Source: Eledone cirrhosa
Lineage: Eukaryota
DNA: 64,000 bases
Assembly (NCBI GenBank): GCA_964016885.1
Contig: OZ024742.1
Span: 294,314,001 to 294,378,000, forward strand
Direction of reading: 5' to 3'
Position 1 is the first letter of the stretch. Every line of letters begins with the position of its first letter. Below are positions 63,901-64,000 of this stretch, in pieces. The notes beneath the pieces were generated by a model, which was not told the DNA's origin, searched no databases, and saw nothing but the letters and a program-made list of their open reading frames with translations. A program made the translations under genes and the position numbers.

Positions 63901-64000
63901 TCTCCTCTCCATCTAGTCTCTTGCACACAGCATACATCAATTTCCTTTCGCTCTAGCATTTCTACGATTTCTCCTGCTCTTCTTTTCATTGTGCTTACAT
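60912..64000 (-). mobile_element. Near full-length but inactivated RTE LINE (EN-RT with internal PHD-like finger), continues beyond the window end
   Basis: EN motifs CVQETRWRG, SAYAPQ, AGDFNG, SQIDFIL, SQH; RT motifs FVDLEKAFDRVPR, GSVLSPLLF, LLYAGD (YADD mutated); (CAT)n tail at 60912-60950. Confidence 0.95.
61255..63989 (-). pseudogene. RTE endonuclease/reverse transcriptase ORF broken by frameshifts, an internal deletion near 62527 and YADD>YAGD
   Basis: ORF pieces 63435-63989, 63277-63480, 62720-63064, 62523-62888 and 61255-62526. Confidence 0.88.

Overview
AT-rich eukaryotic (animal) genomic DNA made almost entirely of interspersed repeats and microsatellites. The repeat repertoire suggests a mollusc, most likely an octopod cephalopod (inference from remembered SINE/RTE families, not verified). 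No host protein-coding gene can be supported. Main contents: three L1/Tx1-clade LINEs, including a near-intact full-length copy (ORF1 plus EN-RT ORF2) lying head-to-tail with an older copy in (TATC)n repeats; many RTE-clade LINE copies whose ORF carries an internal PHD-type finger; a CR1-like fragment; a very abundant tRNA-derived SINE; piggyBac-, Tc1/mariner- and hAT-like MITEs; non-autonomous Helitron halves; and two large foldback-type inverted-repeat elements with nested insertions. The most interesting unexplained signal is a set of short non-coding palindromic elements sitting in (TA)n/(TC)n tracts (about 6330-6626, 21393-21830, 27833-28187) that contain minimal type I hammerhead ribozyme folds of the Penelope-like-element kind, two sharing an unusually long stem II. 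Several clean template-switch/foldback footprints are also visible. Coordinates of degenerate repeats are approximate.
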